The notes under the pieces are model-generated. The model was given only the letters and a program-made list of their open reading frames with translations. It did not search any database and was not told the DNA's origin. From Anolis carolinensis (taxonomy: Eukaryota): 64,000 nucleotides of DNA. The stretch spans positions 215,551,971-215,615,970 of the forward strand of contig NC_085843.1 in the NCBI RefSeq assembly GCF_035594765.1. The letters run 5' to 3'. The translations under genes and the position numbers were made by a program. This document shows, piece by piece, positions 24,493 through 38,400 of the stretch (within the stretch, counting starts at the first letter, position 1; every line of letters begins with the position of its first letter).

Positions 24493-27400
24493 AACAAAGT
24501 TTGTGTACAGTGAAGCATCAAAAAAGCAAAGGTAGCCCTATCTCACCACCTATGTGAACAATTTTGGATTCTGGAATATATTGCATTTCAGATTTCTGGG
24601 CAAGAGATGCTTTTAATGAAGGTTTTGAACTTTGATGACTTTACAATATACATTCACTCAGTGACTACATTGAGCATCCCTTATCAAAATGCTGGTGACC
24701 AGATGTGGTTTGAATTTCAGATTTGCTTCAGATTTGAGGATATTTGCATACTCATAGATTTCTTGATGATGGAACCCATGTCTAAACACAAAATTTATTT
24801 ATTTTTTATAAACCATATACACCTAACTAGATGGTAATTTTATGCACATGATTTTAGATAATTTTGTGCATGAGGTTTGTATACACTGAACCATCTGAAA
24901 GCAAAGGTGTCACTATCTCAGTCACCCATGTGGACATTTTTGGATTTTGGAGAATTTCAGATTTCCAGTTAAATATCATAAAGGCCTGCTTATGAGCTTC
25001 TTAGTGGACTAACGATATCCCAAATTGTTACATCTAAAGTAGAGGAGTCTCCTGAAGGCAAAACGTCATGCTGTATACTTTTTCCAGGCACATTTTACGT
25101 AATGCAATTGCCGAGTCTGTATGTTGAAATGCAAGACAGACACAAGGGAAGCAGTTTTCTTCATTTATTAACCTTATGGGTGTTTTTTTTTCCTATTGAA
25201 AGTCGTCCTTCTTCAAGAAGTGGTTATGCTAAAAAATATAAAAGTAATACCATCTTCCCATCTCTGACATCAAAGCAGGTGAGAGAAAAAAACGAGTTAA
25301 GAAGCAGCCTCCATGTTGGCTTTCCACCCTGTGCATCTGCTTTGTGTAAAAGAGCGATGTTACCCAAAAAAGGATCCCATAATTACATGTACCATGCAGT
25401 TCCACCCAGAGACAGGGTTTTTACATCTTGATCTCAAACGACCTCTCAGCTCATTAAGAAAGCAGATCATTCCATGAACAAACCATGCTGTTACACAGTA
25501 GTTAACAGGGGAAGAGTATTCCTGTATTTATTTTTCTAAATATATCTTTTACCCTTTCAATACCACAACGTCCCTAGAGCAGCTTAAACTAAAATAAATA
25601 CACTACAGAAAGCGGGATGTGCACAGAAAGGAAGAACATGTCATCTTTAAGTCAAGCACATTAATTATGGCCCCAGTTTTCATGGACTATCAGCAACGGC
25701 ATAGAAGCATGAAATGTTTTCCAAAATTCTTTGGCAGAGAAGGCCAAAGATCTAGTAAAACTACAATTCCCATGATTCCGTTGCATTGAAACATGGCGTT
25801 TAAAGTGGTTTCAAACTGCTTTAATTTTACCATGTAGATGCTCCCTATGTTAGTTGAACACAACCTCTCAGAGCACTTCCAGACTTGGCAGAAACCCAGG
25901 AGGAAGCAGATTAAAGTAACCCGCTTCCTCCCAGGTTTCTGTCCCTACCTCCAACCCAAACCCCGGGCTTTCACTTGAGAGATGCTGCCATGTGAAAATA
26001 ACATCAGGAGGTGGGGGAGATTCTGACATACTATTTTTGCATGTCAGGAGTACTGTGTAGTGGGATCTATATTGTCGGAAGGCCCCTCCAGTAATTTTTT
26101 GGAGGAAAGGCCTGGGGGAAAAGGGTGGGTGTCTTCCCACTTCTTTGGGCTCCAGGGGCCCAAACAACTGGGATGGCTGTGGGGATTGACCCGCCAGGAT
26201 TGCAGAAGCAGTCCCAGAAGTCAATCCCCAGAAGGCCCAGCACCGGGAAAGATCTGGACCTTATCTTAAGGTGTCAAACCCAGTTTTCTCCTCATTAATC
26301 CGCTTTTACCTGAGGTGTCATTTGGATGCCTCTGGTAAGACCTAGACAGCCCCAGTTTTTTGGGTCTGCCCGGATGGGCCATAGTAGAGCACTCTTTCAT
26401 TTAGATTGCGATTTTAATCTGATCTAATCGGAATTACAACATCAACAGTTAGGCAACCTTATTTCTCAACACTGGTCGATGGGTGTAGAATTAATGCAGG
26501 TTGACCCCACTTTAACTGCCAGGTCTCGCATTTTGGGCCTGTCTGGAAGGGCCCGCAGTATCATAAGAATCAAAGAAAAGAAAAGCTCATCCAATATATC
26601 TCTGGATAGCAAGACCCTTTCCATCTACAACACCTGTACTATCTTTTACACAAATTAGTCTGTCTGATTTCAGAACAGTTTACTTAATATCCATGGTTAT
26701 AAGCCTATTAATTGGAGATAAGCCACATGCTAATATTCTATTGTAAGGCTAAAGTTATAACTGAGGATTATTTCTTTAGGAAAGTTTGTTTTAACCATCT
26801 AGAATGGTTCATGGATTTTCCTTTAGTGGGAGGCAATTATTAAAAGATTATCTCCTGGTAAGCAGGGAATCTGCATAATTTTCTTCCGTTGTTTGGGCAT
26901 TACAGATAGTGCTGATCTTATCAAAGTACGAGCCAGTTCAACTTGAAAACATAATTAAAGACTCTCATCTGTTTATGAATGGAATAATATCCAATACAAC
27001 CATGATTAACACTGTCTAATTGCTTTGACTCTATTGTGTATGTGGCATTGATTTGTGAAGATCTGTTTTGATTGGCACACTCATCATTCAATCAAACTAG
27101 GTTTTTACAAAACTGTATTCAAGCACTTATAGGCAAACTTGAATACAGGGAAGACAACTACCAGTATATATCCTGTTTTCAGCTCACTGGCTGAAAGGCA
27201 GATATTAATGTCATTAGAAATTTAATATAATGAAGAAACACAGTGTAATTTATTAATGTAAGAGAAAAATAAATTGCAGTCAGTCCTCTAAATTAGTGGG
27301 TTTTACATTTATGGATTTTATTATTTGCAGATTTAATTAAAATGTTCTCTCTGGGAATCTCTAAGGATGTCGCTACACTGTTGAATGACTGCAGTTTGAC

Positions 27401-30395
27401 ACCGCTTTAAGGACCTCATCACATTGATGAGGTCCCCCATGCCGATTCATCAACCTTTGTGGTGAATTGGCGGGGAAGTGGGGCAATCCTCGTACCCCAT
27501 GCCACGCAGGGAAGGCTCCTGTGTTGCCAGTACAGCATTCTAGGATGCTTGCACCCCGGTTGAGCCACAGAGCCTCACTGGAAGTGAGCCTACATCATCT
27601 GATGGGCGGTGGGGGCTCCATGGCTCAATTGGGGTGAAAATATCCTATGACATTGAAAATTTATCATGTTATGAAGTCCTAGCTGCTATACATGAATACA
27701 GGGGAGACACCAGCACTCTGACAGAGAAGGCTAAAGATCTTGCATTTTCATAGCACCGAATCACAGCAGTTAAAGTGGTATCAAACTGAACTAAGTGCAG
27801 ATGCACCCCTTGTCTTCTCTGAAAGTCCAGCTTGCCATTTACTTCTGTGTGTTTTCAAGCAACAATGCTCCAAAATTGGGACTGATCCTTTTCTTGGCAT
27901 ACAAACTGACCCTTGTTTTCAATGCAGTCAAAGAAAATAAACTATAGTTCAAAACAGTGATTTATGTCTATTCCTTTCATGATCCTCATATTGCAAGTTA
28001 ATCTTTCATTCAGATCAATAAACTGGATCTTTTTAATCCAAGATTGGATGTTTAGTCTTGCTTATTTTGTTCTAATATCTGGTAAATTCCAATCTAGCTG
28101 GAAAATGTATATTGTTTTTATGAGAGCAGATTGTAGCACTGTTAACCGTCTATGAAAAAAATGTTTCTAATTTAATGAGAAACCAGAGCTTCATATATAA
28201 AATATGAACCACTGAGGGGATAAGATAGATCTGTAATTTGGATGATGTACAGTATTATTGGTTATATTTGAATGCCTTAGACATTTGCTTCTTCAGCACA
28301 GCAAACACAGATTAATCCATGGGGCTAATATGATTAACTGAGCAAACAATACACATAAATCTCCCTGTAACAAGAAGAAAGGCCAGAACAGCATCTTTGA
28401 AAGAGTGAATGTCCTACTTGTTCAGAAGAAAGATAGATCACGATTTCACCCATTAGCTTCTAAGGCTTCTAAGTCCTTACACCTCCATATAAATTCCAGA
28501 TTACTGTATCTGCTTTGAACTGGATAATATGATAATGTAGACATATAATCCAGTTCAAATAATGTGCATTATCTGCTTTAATCATCTGGATTACAAGACG
28601 GTGTAGAAGGGGCCAAAGACTACTGTAAAAGTGTTCCTTCTAACAACCCACTAAGGAGGGAGGCTAATGTATAGGGCCCTAGCTACACTGCCATATAATG
28701 CAATTTGAGACTGAATGTACACTGACCTATATCCCAGGATCTGATCCCAGATTATCTGCTTTGAACTGGATTATATGAGGCCCTTTCTACACTGTGGTAT
28801 AATCCAGATTATAAAATCAGACAATCCATATTATCTGCTTTGAATTGGATTATATGAGTCTACACTGCCATGTAATTCAGTTTAAATAAAATAATCTGCA
28901 TTTTTATAGGGCACTTCCAGACAGCATCAAAATGTGGGTTTAAAAACTGAGACAAAAAATCTGATAGCAAGTCCACACACAAACCTGTCGTCTCAGGAAA
29001 TGGTCGTCTGCCATCCTCATACTTTCCTTTGAAGCAGATCAAGATGGAAGGGGGACAGGGGACATTCAGCAATTTTTTCTAAAAAAAAATTATCCAAGAT
29101 GCGCTGGACCTCATATGCGCATATGCCTAGATTTGAATGTACACACAAGCAGATTTCTTATTCTCATTCTTCACCTAATTCTAAATTCAAGCTCTGTTTA
29201 ATATTATAAAGATCTAAAGAAAGTAATGCTTGCAGAGAGTTGCTTTCCAATTGTGCTTCCCTTGAGCCACCTGTGTGTCCATGGCTCAATTTTTTGACAG
29301 CCCAATCAGATTTTTAAATGCGCACATGCATGGGAGCACTCCACACAGGGGGATGGGGAGGAAATCACGTGTTTTGCATGACTGCGGGGATATACACTCA
29401 TGTGAAGGTGTGCATTTTGGAGGGGGAATCGGGTTTTAGAGTCACCTTTGAAACACGTGCTTTTTACCTGTTAACCAGATTCCATCCCCAAGTTCCCCAA
29501 AGATCATTTATCCACACACACCCTTTTATCCCGGTTATTTCTGGGTTTTACTGCATGCATAGAAGGACTCATAATTTTCCAGTGTCAATGCACCCGAAGC
29601 TGTCATGGCCCTATATAAAATCCAGATTGTCTGCTTTGTACTGGATTGTAGACTCATATAATCCAGTCCAAAGCAGATAATCTGGATTATCTGCTTTGAT
29701 AATCACATATGGATTATATGGCAGTGTAGAAGTGGCCTGGGGCCCCTTGTACACTGCCATATATCCAGATTATAAAAGGACAACTTCCAGACTACCAAAG
29801 TACAACTCACAGGTTTCTATTGAGATGTAGCAGTTAAAGTGGGTCAAACAGTAGTAATTATACAGTGTAGATGCACTCTGTCCAACTGAGTGGAGAGAGT
29901 GAAGTTATCTGAAGACATGCTTGCAGAATAAGATGTCCATTCCATTTTGGAAACCCCATTCTATCCTCCACTAACTGATACAGACTAAATGTTTGCGTGG
30001 GGTTGGACAGATGCATAGAGAGACAAATGTTGGCTGAATTACAGCATAACAAAATGTTACATGATCTCCTATGTTATTTATTTTGCCCCCACTTCACCTG
30101 CTGCCAGGAAATCAGAGGGTTTGTTTATTCAGTTCATTTTGTGTTGCTTTGTGTGGAAGGGCTTGGCTCCAGGCCACACAGAAGACGTTTGTCACTCTGG
30201 TTGCTTCTTCTGATGCTGGAGGGCATCTACATTACAGCATGAAGACAGTTTGACCCCACTTTAATTGGCATGGCTCAGTGCTATGGAATCATGGGGTTGA
30301 CAGTTTAGTGAGGCATCAGCACCCTTTGGGCGGAACTCCTACAATTCTGTAGCACTGAGCCAGGGCAATTAAAGTGGTGTGAAACGACATCAACA

Positions 30396-31170
30396 ACCTC
30401 ATCACATTGAGATGGGAAAGCATGGAATACTGTTGCTTTAAGGTAGAGAATCTCGCCTCTTACATTGTCCATGAGTTCGTGGAAACTTGAGATCTGGCAA
30501 TACATTCATCACAAGGTCAGTATTACTTTTTTGTTTTTAATCAGGAGAAACAACAATATCCGAAAACCAAGAGATCCCTTGCCTTGCCCAAAGCCCCATA
30601 TATAAAAGGAGACTGACACCAGGTTAAAACCACTTCTTTCCATGGATCCTATGGTTCTGCCTCAAACCCCATAGGATACAAGAAATAGTGATCCAGGTTA
30701 AAACCATTGCTTTCCATTGGATCCTATTGTTCTGCATCAAACCCCATGTTATACACGAGACTGCTGATGGGTGGGCAATGAAACAACATGGGAAACTCTT
30801 GATGGCTCCCATCCTATCTGTTTTTCAGTTGTAAACATGGGAATAAAGTGCGATAAGAGGTAGGAGCTCTGAACATGATTGCCGACCCATGGTCCCTCCT
30901 TTCAGGACATTTCTGCTTCTTTGCAGCCCAGGAACATGTGATGAACTCCGTGCCTCTCCATGATTTAAAAGAGGCTGAAGTGTCCTACCAGGGGGAAATT
31001 TCTCAATGTGATGAGGTCAACTGCTGGAGTTCCCTCCTTTCAGGATACTTCTGCTTCTTTTCAACCATGGAAGGCTATGCATAGCAGCATGTGATGAGTT
31101 CATTGCCTCTCCATGCTTGAAAAGAGGCTGAAGGGCCCTATGAAGGGGAAATTTCTGAATGTGACAGGGT
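30396..31170. mobile_element. TIR-bounded DNA element with internal ~72-bp and ~140-bp tandem duplications
   Basis: ACCTCATCACATTGAGA at ~30397 and its inverse at ~31001-31017; similar TIR at 27411. Confidence 0.55.
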
Positions 31171-32233
31171 GCTAAATGTGATAGGTTCTCCTTATGGAGA
31201 ACATAAAAATCAGAAACACGTCTGCAACAGCATTCGACAGCATCTGAGAAAGTCGACTCATGGTTTATTTACACTGCAGAAGGAATGCAGTTTGACACTT
31301 TAACTGCCACAGCTGGCTGCTATAATCATGGGATTTGTAGTTTGGTGAGGCGCCAGCACCCTTTGGCAGATCTTGCAAAACTGCAACTACAAAAGAGACA
31401 AAACTTCAGTTACTGAGGATACTAAAGCTGGAATGCTGTGAATTTTCTGGGCTGTATGGCCATGTTCCAGAAGCATTCTCACCTGACGTTTCGGCCACAC
31501 ATCCTCAGAGTTTGTGAGGTCTGTTGGAAACTAGGCAAGTGGGGTTTATATATATCTGTGGAATGTCCAGGGTGGGAGAAAGAACTCTTGTCTGTTGGAG
31601 GCAAGTGTGAATGGTGCAACTGGCCAGCTAGATTAGCATTGAATAGCCTTTCAGTTTCAAAGTCTGGCTTTTTCCAGGCCCGGGGGGGTGGGGGATGGAA
31701 TCCGTCATTGGGAAGTGTTAGCTGGCCCTGATTGTTTCATATCTGGAATTCCTCTGTTTTGTGAACGAAACGTCGGGAGAGAATGCTTCCGAAACATGGT
31801 CATACAGTCTGGAAAACTCATGTCCATGAAAGCCTTTGACAACACATTGATGCTAAAGCTATCAAACATTCAAACCATTGGGAAAGGCAAACTCTTGCAG
31901 TGTGAGATTTATGGGTATGTTCTTTCCACACAGATCTTGTAAAACCGCAACTCCCATAATCCCATGGCATTGGGCCACAGCTATAGGTAGTAGACATGTG
32001 CAAAGGGATCTTGTAGCACTTGAGAGGTTAGTTGCATCTACACTGTAGTATAAATGTGGTTCAATTACTATGGCTCAATGCTATAGACTCCTGGGAGTTG
32101 TAGTTTGATGAGGCACAAAGCACTCTTTGGCAGAGAAGGATAGAGCTGTAAAATTGCAACTCCTAGGATCCCATAGAATTGAGTCATCTCAGTTCAAGTA
32201 GTGTCAAAACTGCATTCGTTCAACAGTGTAGAT

Positions 32234-32578
32234 CCGTGGTTCTCAACCTGTGGGTCCCCAGGTGTTTTGGCTTACAACTCCCAGAAATCCCAGACAGTTT
32301 ACCAACTGTCTTTTGTGCTGTGTGGCCATGTTCTAGAAGTATTCTCTCCTGGCGTTTCGCCCACATCTATGGCAGGCATCCTCTGAGGATGCCTGCCATA
32401 GATGTGGGCGAAACGTCAGGAGAGAATACTTCTGGAACATGGCCACACAGCACGAAAGACATACAACAACCCTGTGATCCCGGCCATGAAAGCCTTCGAC
32501 AACACAGTTTACCAACTGTTAGGATTTCTGGGAGTTGAAGGCCAAAACATCTGGGGACCCATAGGTTGAGAACCACTG
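32234..32578. mobile_element. hAT MITE containing an inverted Penelope/hammerhead insertion
   Basis: TIR C(A/C)GTGGTTCTCAACC; 8-bp TSD GTGTAGAT at 32226-32233 and 32579-32586. Confidence 0.85.
32380..32420 (+). ncRNA. Minimal type I hammerhead ribozyme motif (Penelope pLTR), intact core
   Basis: CCT-CTGAGGA-TGCCTGC-CATAGAT-GTGGGC-GAAAC-GTC-AGG; palindromic ACGT stem III; predicted cleavage after C32417. Confidence 0.75.
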
Positions 32579-32819
32579 GTGTAGATGCAAGCCTTGCCTC
32601 TTAAGTGCTACAAGGTTCCTTTGCACATGGCTACTATCTAAAGCACCACAAAGCCTGCTTAATATAATAACATTGCATCTCTTCCACTCCCATCCCTTTG
32701 TCTCAGTTCTGCCACTTTCTTTCAAGAAAACTTCCCTGGGAAAAGAAAAAGAGCACTTCCTCCCCCTCCCTTCATTGGAGAGACTAGAAAGGGCGAGAGG
32801 GGGGTGCTTGGAGGGTGGC

Positions 32820-33160
32820 CTTTCCTGCGCATGCGCATTCCTGGATGTGCCCGTCCTCACGTAGAGCCTTTGGCATGCCTTCCCATTGCCGGGTTCGGAG
32901 GCCACGCCCCCCGAGGCCGCTGGTGGGCGGGGCCCCGGCCCTTCTCGCAGGCATTCCGAAAGGGGCCCGCGGCGGTGCGTGGAGCGCGAGGCTGAGCGGC
33001 TCGTCTTTCCCAGGTAGGTGGCGGGAGTGCGCGTGCCGCCTCGTGCCCGTGCCGTGCGCGCGGCCTTGGAAAGGCTTTGCAGCGTGGGGCTTTCTTTGTA
33101 GCCAAAGGGGGAATCAGGCGGCTCTTCTTTGCTCTCTCTTGGCGCCTGCCTTGCCCGCCT
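32820..33160 (+). promoter_or_regulatory. P4HA1: P4HA1 CpG-island promoter and non-coding exon 1 (ends at 33013)
   Basis: Dense CpG; NRF1 palindrome TGCGCATGCGCA at 32826-32837; HRE TACGTG (minus) at 32858-32863; GC box ~32925; CAG|GTAGGT donor at 33013/33014. Confidence 0.85.
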
Positions 33161-33595
33161 GGGAGTTGTAGTTTGGTGAGGCACCAGCACTCTTGGGCAG
33201 AAAAGGTGATAAAGACCTTGTGAAACTGCAACTCCCAGATTTGCCATAGCAAGAAGTGGTGTCAAACTGCACAGTGCCGGTGCACCCAAGAACACTTGGT
33301 ACACATTGGTGTACATTCCTCGAAGAAGAAACATGGCAGAACCAATGCAGTCCTGGGATTTGTAGTTTGTTGAGGTAGGAGCCCACTTTGGTAAAGAAGT
33401 CTACAGACCTTGTGAAACTAAAACTCCCAGCATTCCCTAGCATTGAGCTATGTCAAGACTGCATTCTTTCTACAGTGTACTGTAGATGCACTCCCAGGAT
33501 GGATCTACACTGCCCTGTATCCCAGGATCTGATCCCCGATTATCTGCTTTGAACTGGATTATGTGAGTCTACACTTATATAAGGATCATGTTCTG

Positions 33596-33918
33596 AGGTG
33601 GCGCAGCGGGTTAAACCGCTGAGCTGCTGAACTTGCTGGCCAAAAGGTCGGTGGTTTGTATCCAGGGAGCAGGGTGAGCTCCCTCTATTAGGCTCGGCTT
33701 CTGCCAACCTAGCAGTTTGAAAACATGCAAATGTGAGTAGATCAATAGGTACAGCTCCGGCGGGAAGGCAATGGCACTCCATGCAGTCATGCCAGCCACA
33801 TTAACTTGGAGGTGTCTGTGGACAATGCCGGTTCATCGGCTTAGAAATGGAGATGAGCACCAACCTCCAGAGTTGGACATGACTAGATTTAATGTCAGGG
33901 GGAAACATTTACCTTTAG
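33596..33918 (+). mobile_element. Sauria SINE
   Basis: Head GTGGCGCAGCGGGTTAAACC and tail TTTACCTTTA, matching other copies. Confidence 0.88.
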
Positions 33919-34846
33919 CTTATAATTTAATTTGTTATGTAATTTTAGTTTTATGTTACAACTTGCTGTTAGATGTTGGTTTACTTTGGGATTTGGGTGA
34001 GTTATTGTATTTGTATTAAGACTGTTTTCAAGGCATTGAATGATTGCCTTTGTGTTTGTTGGAACCCACCCTGAGATCCCTTGGGAAGATAGGGCAGAAT
34101 ACAAATAAATTATCATCATCATTATTATTACTGTTGCGCTGCCAGATAATCTGGGATCCGGTCCTGGGATATAGGGCAGTGCAGATCCAGCCTCAGATTC
34201 TGGAGGCCAGGGTTTGAACCCTCACTCTCTCAGCCTTAGAGGAAAACTCTGGACAAACCTTGCCAAGAAAACCCCTATGCAATGAACTGTAAAACACAGG
34301 ACTGCAAACTAAGACCCCTCCCACATAGCTGAATAAAATCCCACATGTTCTGCTTTGAATTGGAAAATATGGCAGTGTGGACTCAGATAACCCAGTTCAA
34401 AGTAGATATTGTGGGATTTTCTGCCTTGATATTCTGGGTTATATGGCTGTGTGGAAGGGCCCAAAGGGTCATAAAAACTTGTTAGTATAATGGTTTAATG
34501 CTAATTTGGGGTTCTAAATCCAAACATAACTGCAGAGTGATTCCCATCGCATACAGGTTTAAATTTTGTAATACCAGGCTGAGTTAGTTTTCTTTGGTCA
34601 GTGAATAGTACACAGCAAGAAAGGGGAAGTTTTCTAACAAACTTTGATAAACTTTTTGATTCATTTATATGAAATGCAGAAATCCATTCAAAAGCCCGTA
34701 AAGAAATTGCACTAGAATATCAGCATTTACACAACTGAGTTGATAAAAATTTGTACTGTGTGCATGGTACAAGTTTTTTTAAAAAAGAATCAACACCCAA
34801 AAAAGGCATTTAAAAGCAAGTCCGATATTGGAAACAAAAGGTTTTT

Positions 34847-35600
34847 TGTGTTGTCGAAGGCTTTCATGGCCAGAATCAATGGGTTGCTGTGAGCTTTCCG
34901 GACTGTATGGCCATGTTTCAGAAGCATTGTCTCCATATATTTTGCCCACATCTGTGGCAGGCATCCTCAGAGATTGTGAAGTATGTTGGAAACTATACAA
35001 GTCAGGTTTATATATCTGTGAAAGGTCCAGGGTAGGAGAAAGAACTCTTGTCTGTTGGAGGCAAGTGTGAATGTTGCAATTGGCCACCTTGATTAGCATT
35101 GGATAGCCTTGCAGCTTTAAAGCCTGACTGCTTCCTGCCTGGGGAAATCCTTTGTTGGGAAGTGTTAGCTGGCCCTGTCTGGAATTCCCCTGTTTTCTGA
35201 GTGTTGTTCTTTTATTTACTGACCTGATTTTAGAGGGTTTTTAAAAATACATTTTTTTTCGTGTCAGGAGCGACTTGAGAAATTGCAAGTCGCCTCTGGT
35301 GTGAGAGAATTGGCTGTCTGCAAGGAGGTTGCCCAGGGGACGCCCGGATGTTTTGATGTTTTTATCATCCTTGTGGGAGGCTTTTCTCATGTCCCGGCAT
35401 GGAGCTGGAGCTGATAGAGGAAGCTCATCTGCGCTCTTTCTGAGTGGGATTCGAACCTGGCAGCTTTCAGATCAGCAACCCAACCTTCAAGTCACAAGGC
35501 TTTAATCCACTATGCCATCGGGGGCTCCTTTTTTAATACTGATAGCCAGATTGTTTCTTGTTTAGAATTCCCCTTTTTTCTGAGAGTTGTTCTTTCCCAG
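34847..35600 (-). mobile_element. Penelope pLTR fragment interrupted by a SINE (35252-35528)
   Basis: Terminal TGTGTTGTCGAAGGCTTTCATGGCC motif; degenerate hammerhead. Confidence 0.75.
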
Positions 35601-38099
35601 GCCTGTGATTCTGTTGATGCCATAGAATCAAAATCCTAATTTGGACATCTGTTTGCTTAGTCTGGCCCATCAATTCCGCTTAAGGTACATTTACACTGAA
35701 GAATTAATGCAGTGTGACACCACTTTAATTCTTTGACTTAATGCTATGGAATCCTAGGGGAGAGGTTGTAGTTTTACAAGATCTTTAGCCTTCTGTGCCA
35801 AAGAGTGCAATCAGACTTCAGTTCTTAGGATCTCATAGCCATGTTGACAGTGGTGTCAAACTCTATTAATTCTACAGTGTAGATGCATCCTTAGGGTCAC
35901 ATTGTGTGTTTCTCTGACTTTCTCCTTTCTGCTTGGAGGCCAGAAATGCATTGTTATGTTAAATCTTCTTGTCTTCCTTTTTTCTGCTGGGAGGATTTCC
36001 CAGCTTTAATCAGGTACTTTCTCTTCCCTTTCTTTTGCATTAAAAAGAAGCTTTGTATCAAGAGGTGGAAAGATGTTTCTGGTAGGAGGAGGATTTGGGA
36101 GGCTTCTTGCTCTTTCCTGGAATTCCCTGCAAAGAGCATGTTGCCCAGATTTCAGACCAGTCCAGTCTTGTCAAATGCATGCCGAGATAAATTTTTTGTC
36201 CCTCCCTTAGCCCTTCTGTGCTCTAAAGGAGAAAAAAGGAGTTGACGTGGAAGTGAATCTTGCATTTTAACTCCCACGCTTGTTCCATCTCTTGGCCAGT
36301 GAGGACAACCAGTGGAGAGCTTCTTCTTTTCCTATATAGTGACTATTTGCATGTATTTAGTATAAAAAGAAAGATGCATCCTTCCTCACTTCGGCTCTTG
36401 TTCATACAGAGAAAAAAAGTTGCTATGGGTGCATCTATACTATTGAATTATTGCTGTTCGACACCACTTTAATTGCTATGGTAGATATGGAATCATGGGA
36501 GTTGTAGTTTGGGGAGACACCAGCACTCTTTGTTAGAGAAGGCAAATGATCTTATAAAACTTCTATAGCATTGAACCAGGTGACTTAGGGCCCTTCCACA
36601 CAGCCATATAAACCAGAATGTCAAGGCAGAATAACCCACAATATCTGCTTTGAACTGGAACATCTGAGTCCACACTGCCATATATCCCAGTTCAAAACAG
36701 TTAATGTGGGATTTTATTCAGCTGTGTGGAAGGGGCCTTAAAAGTTGTGTCAATCTGCATTAATGTGAGTGTTGATGCGCCCTACATTATGATGCTGTGT
36801 CAATATACTAGAACATGTATGTGGCCTAAAATGTACTTAGAAATAAAGTGCTTTATCTAATTAGGTAATACATATTTTGAAGTTTAACCAAACTTTACTT
36901 CAAAGCTTCCAATAGATTCTTTAATAATCAAACAGTAAGGCTTGAACCGGATTGCTTTGCACAGACATTCCTAGCAAGCAAGGCACACTCCTGAGTTTTT
37001 TCTTCCTCCCTCTAAGTGTAAACTGATCTCTTTGCAAATAAAAGGGAGCAAATAGCAGAGGGGACCAACCAGCCAAAAAAAGAGCGCTGTTTATACAGAA
37101 ACCTAACTGCTTCTTCTTCAGTTGCAATACTTTTTACTAGATTTCGCTTGGAAAGAATTTTGAACCGGGTGTCCCTTACGTGAAAAGGGGAGGGCCAAAG
37201 ACGTGGCAGTAGCATACTTTCGTCAACCTTTTCGGTTGCTCCACAAACTTCTAGAAAGACGCTATTTATGCTGACTCTTACTCATGCTTGCTAAGTATGA
37301 ATAGCATGCCATTTTAAGCAGGTCACACAGAGGCAAAAAACTAAGCTTTTAGCAATATGGGGTTATGTAAGTTTACTTTTTTTTTATAACGTGTTGGCTG
37401 CTCTAAAACATTTGATTCATCTATGTTCCTCTCTCCCGCCCCTGAAAGTTTAGTATTGCATCCAATTCGGATAATACAGAAGCATGTCTTAGTAGTTAAA
37501 AGTTTGTATATGAGATTTCAGCTTCAAAGGATTGCTGAATCCTATGCTGCATAAAAGGATATTCTGTAAGAGTGCATTTGCCGTTCACAAACTCTTTATG
37601 AGTGACAGATTCCTGATACAGACTGCTAAAGCCAGACAACTTTTTTCTTGCATAAAAATGATTCAGAAAAAAATGTACAACTGAGGCCATAGAGTGCCAT
37701 TGCTTTTATCTTGTACCCAATTATGTGATAGGAAACTCCACGGGGGCTTATTGATGAGTAGGACTGATTAAGCAAGTAGGATAAGTCATATTATAGTGTA
37801 CTCTGGAATATAGTGCAATTCCTGAGATTATTTTGGATAGGAGAAAGAGACAAGCAAATAAGAAGCTGTACCTGCACTAACTGTAATGCCGTTTCTTTAT
37901 CATGGTCATGTAAATGTATGCAAGGCTGCTTATTACCAGATGGGAGCAAGATCCAATGGTTTATTTTGAAACCTGATGCCGGCACACCCTCATTTCTTCC
38001 CTTGTAATGCCCAAAATCTGGTCCATGGGGTCTCGTTGTCTTTCAGAAAGGCTTTTAGGGTGCGAAATGTGGGTTGCAGCAACAAGAAGAGGAGATGCT

Positions 38100-38341
38100 C
38101 AATGTGTTGTCGAAGGCTTTCATGGCCGGAATCACAGGGTTGTATGTTTTCCAGGCTGTATGGCCATGTTCCAGAAGTATTCTCTCCTGACATTTCGCCC
38201 ACATCTATGGCAGGCATCTTCAGAGGTTGTGAGGTATATACCTCACAATCTCTGAGGATGCCTGCCATAAATGTGGACAAAACATCAGGAGAAAATACTT
38301 CTGGAACATGGCTATACAGCCCGGAAAACACACAACAACCC
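38100..38341. mobile_element. Inverted (hairpin) Penelope pLTR insertion
   Basis: Dyad centred on GAGGTATATACCTC at 38231-38244; 12-bp TSD AGAGGAGATGCT at 38088-38099 and 38342-38353. Confidence 0.85.
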
Positions 38342-38400
38342 AGAGGAGATGCTGATTCTGGAGAAAAGCATAGAAGTATAAGTATATATGCATGTATAAG

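Noticed and set aside
32519-33334. 271-aa minus-strand ORF, the longest in the track
   Set aside because: It spans a GC-rich CpG island and MITEs, where stop codons are scarce; low-complexity Arg/Ala/Pro product with no recognisable domain
33596-33680. tRNA-like A/B boxes (also at 12660, 17790, 57020, 63330)
   Set aside because: SINE heads continuing into SINE body and tail; no complete cloverleaf
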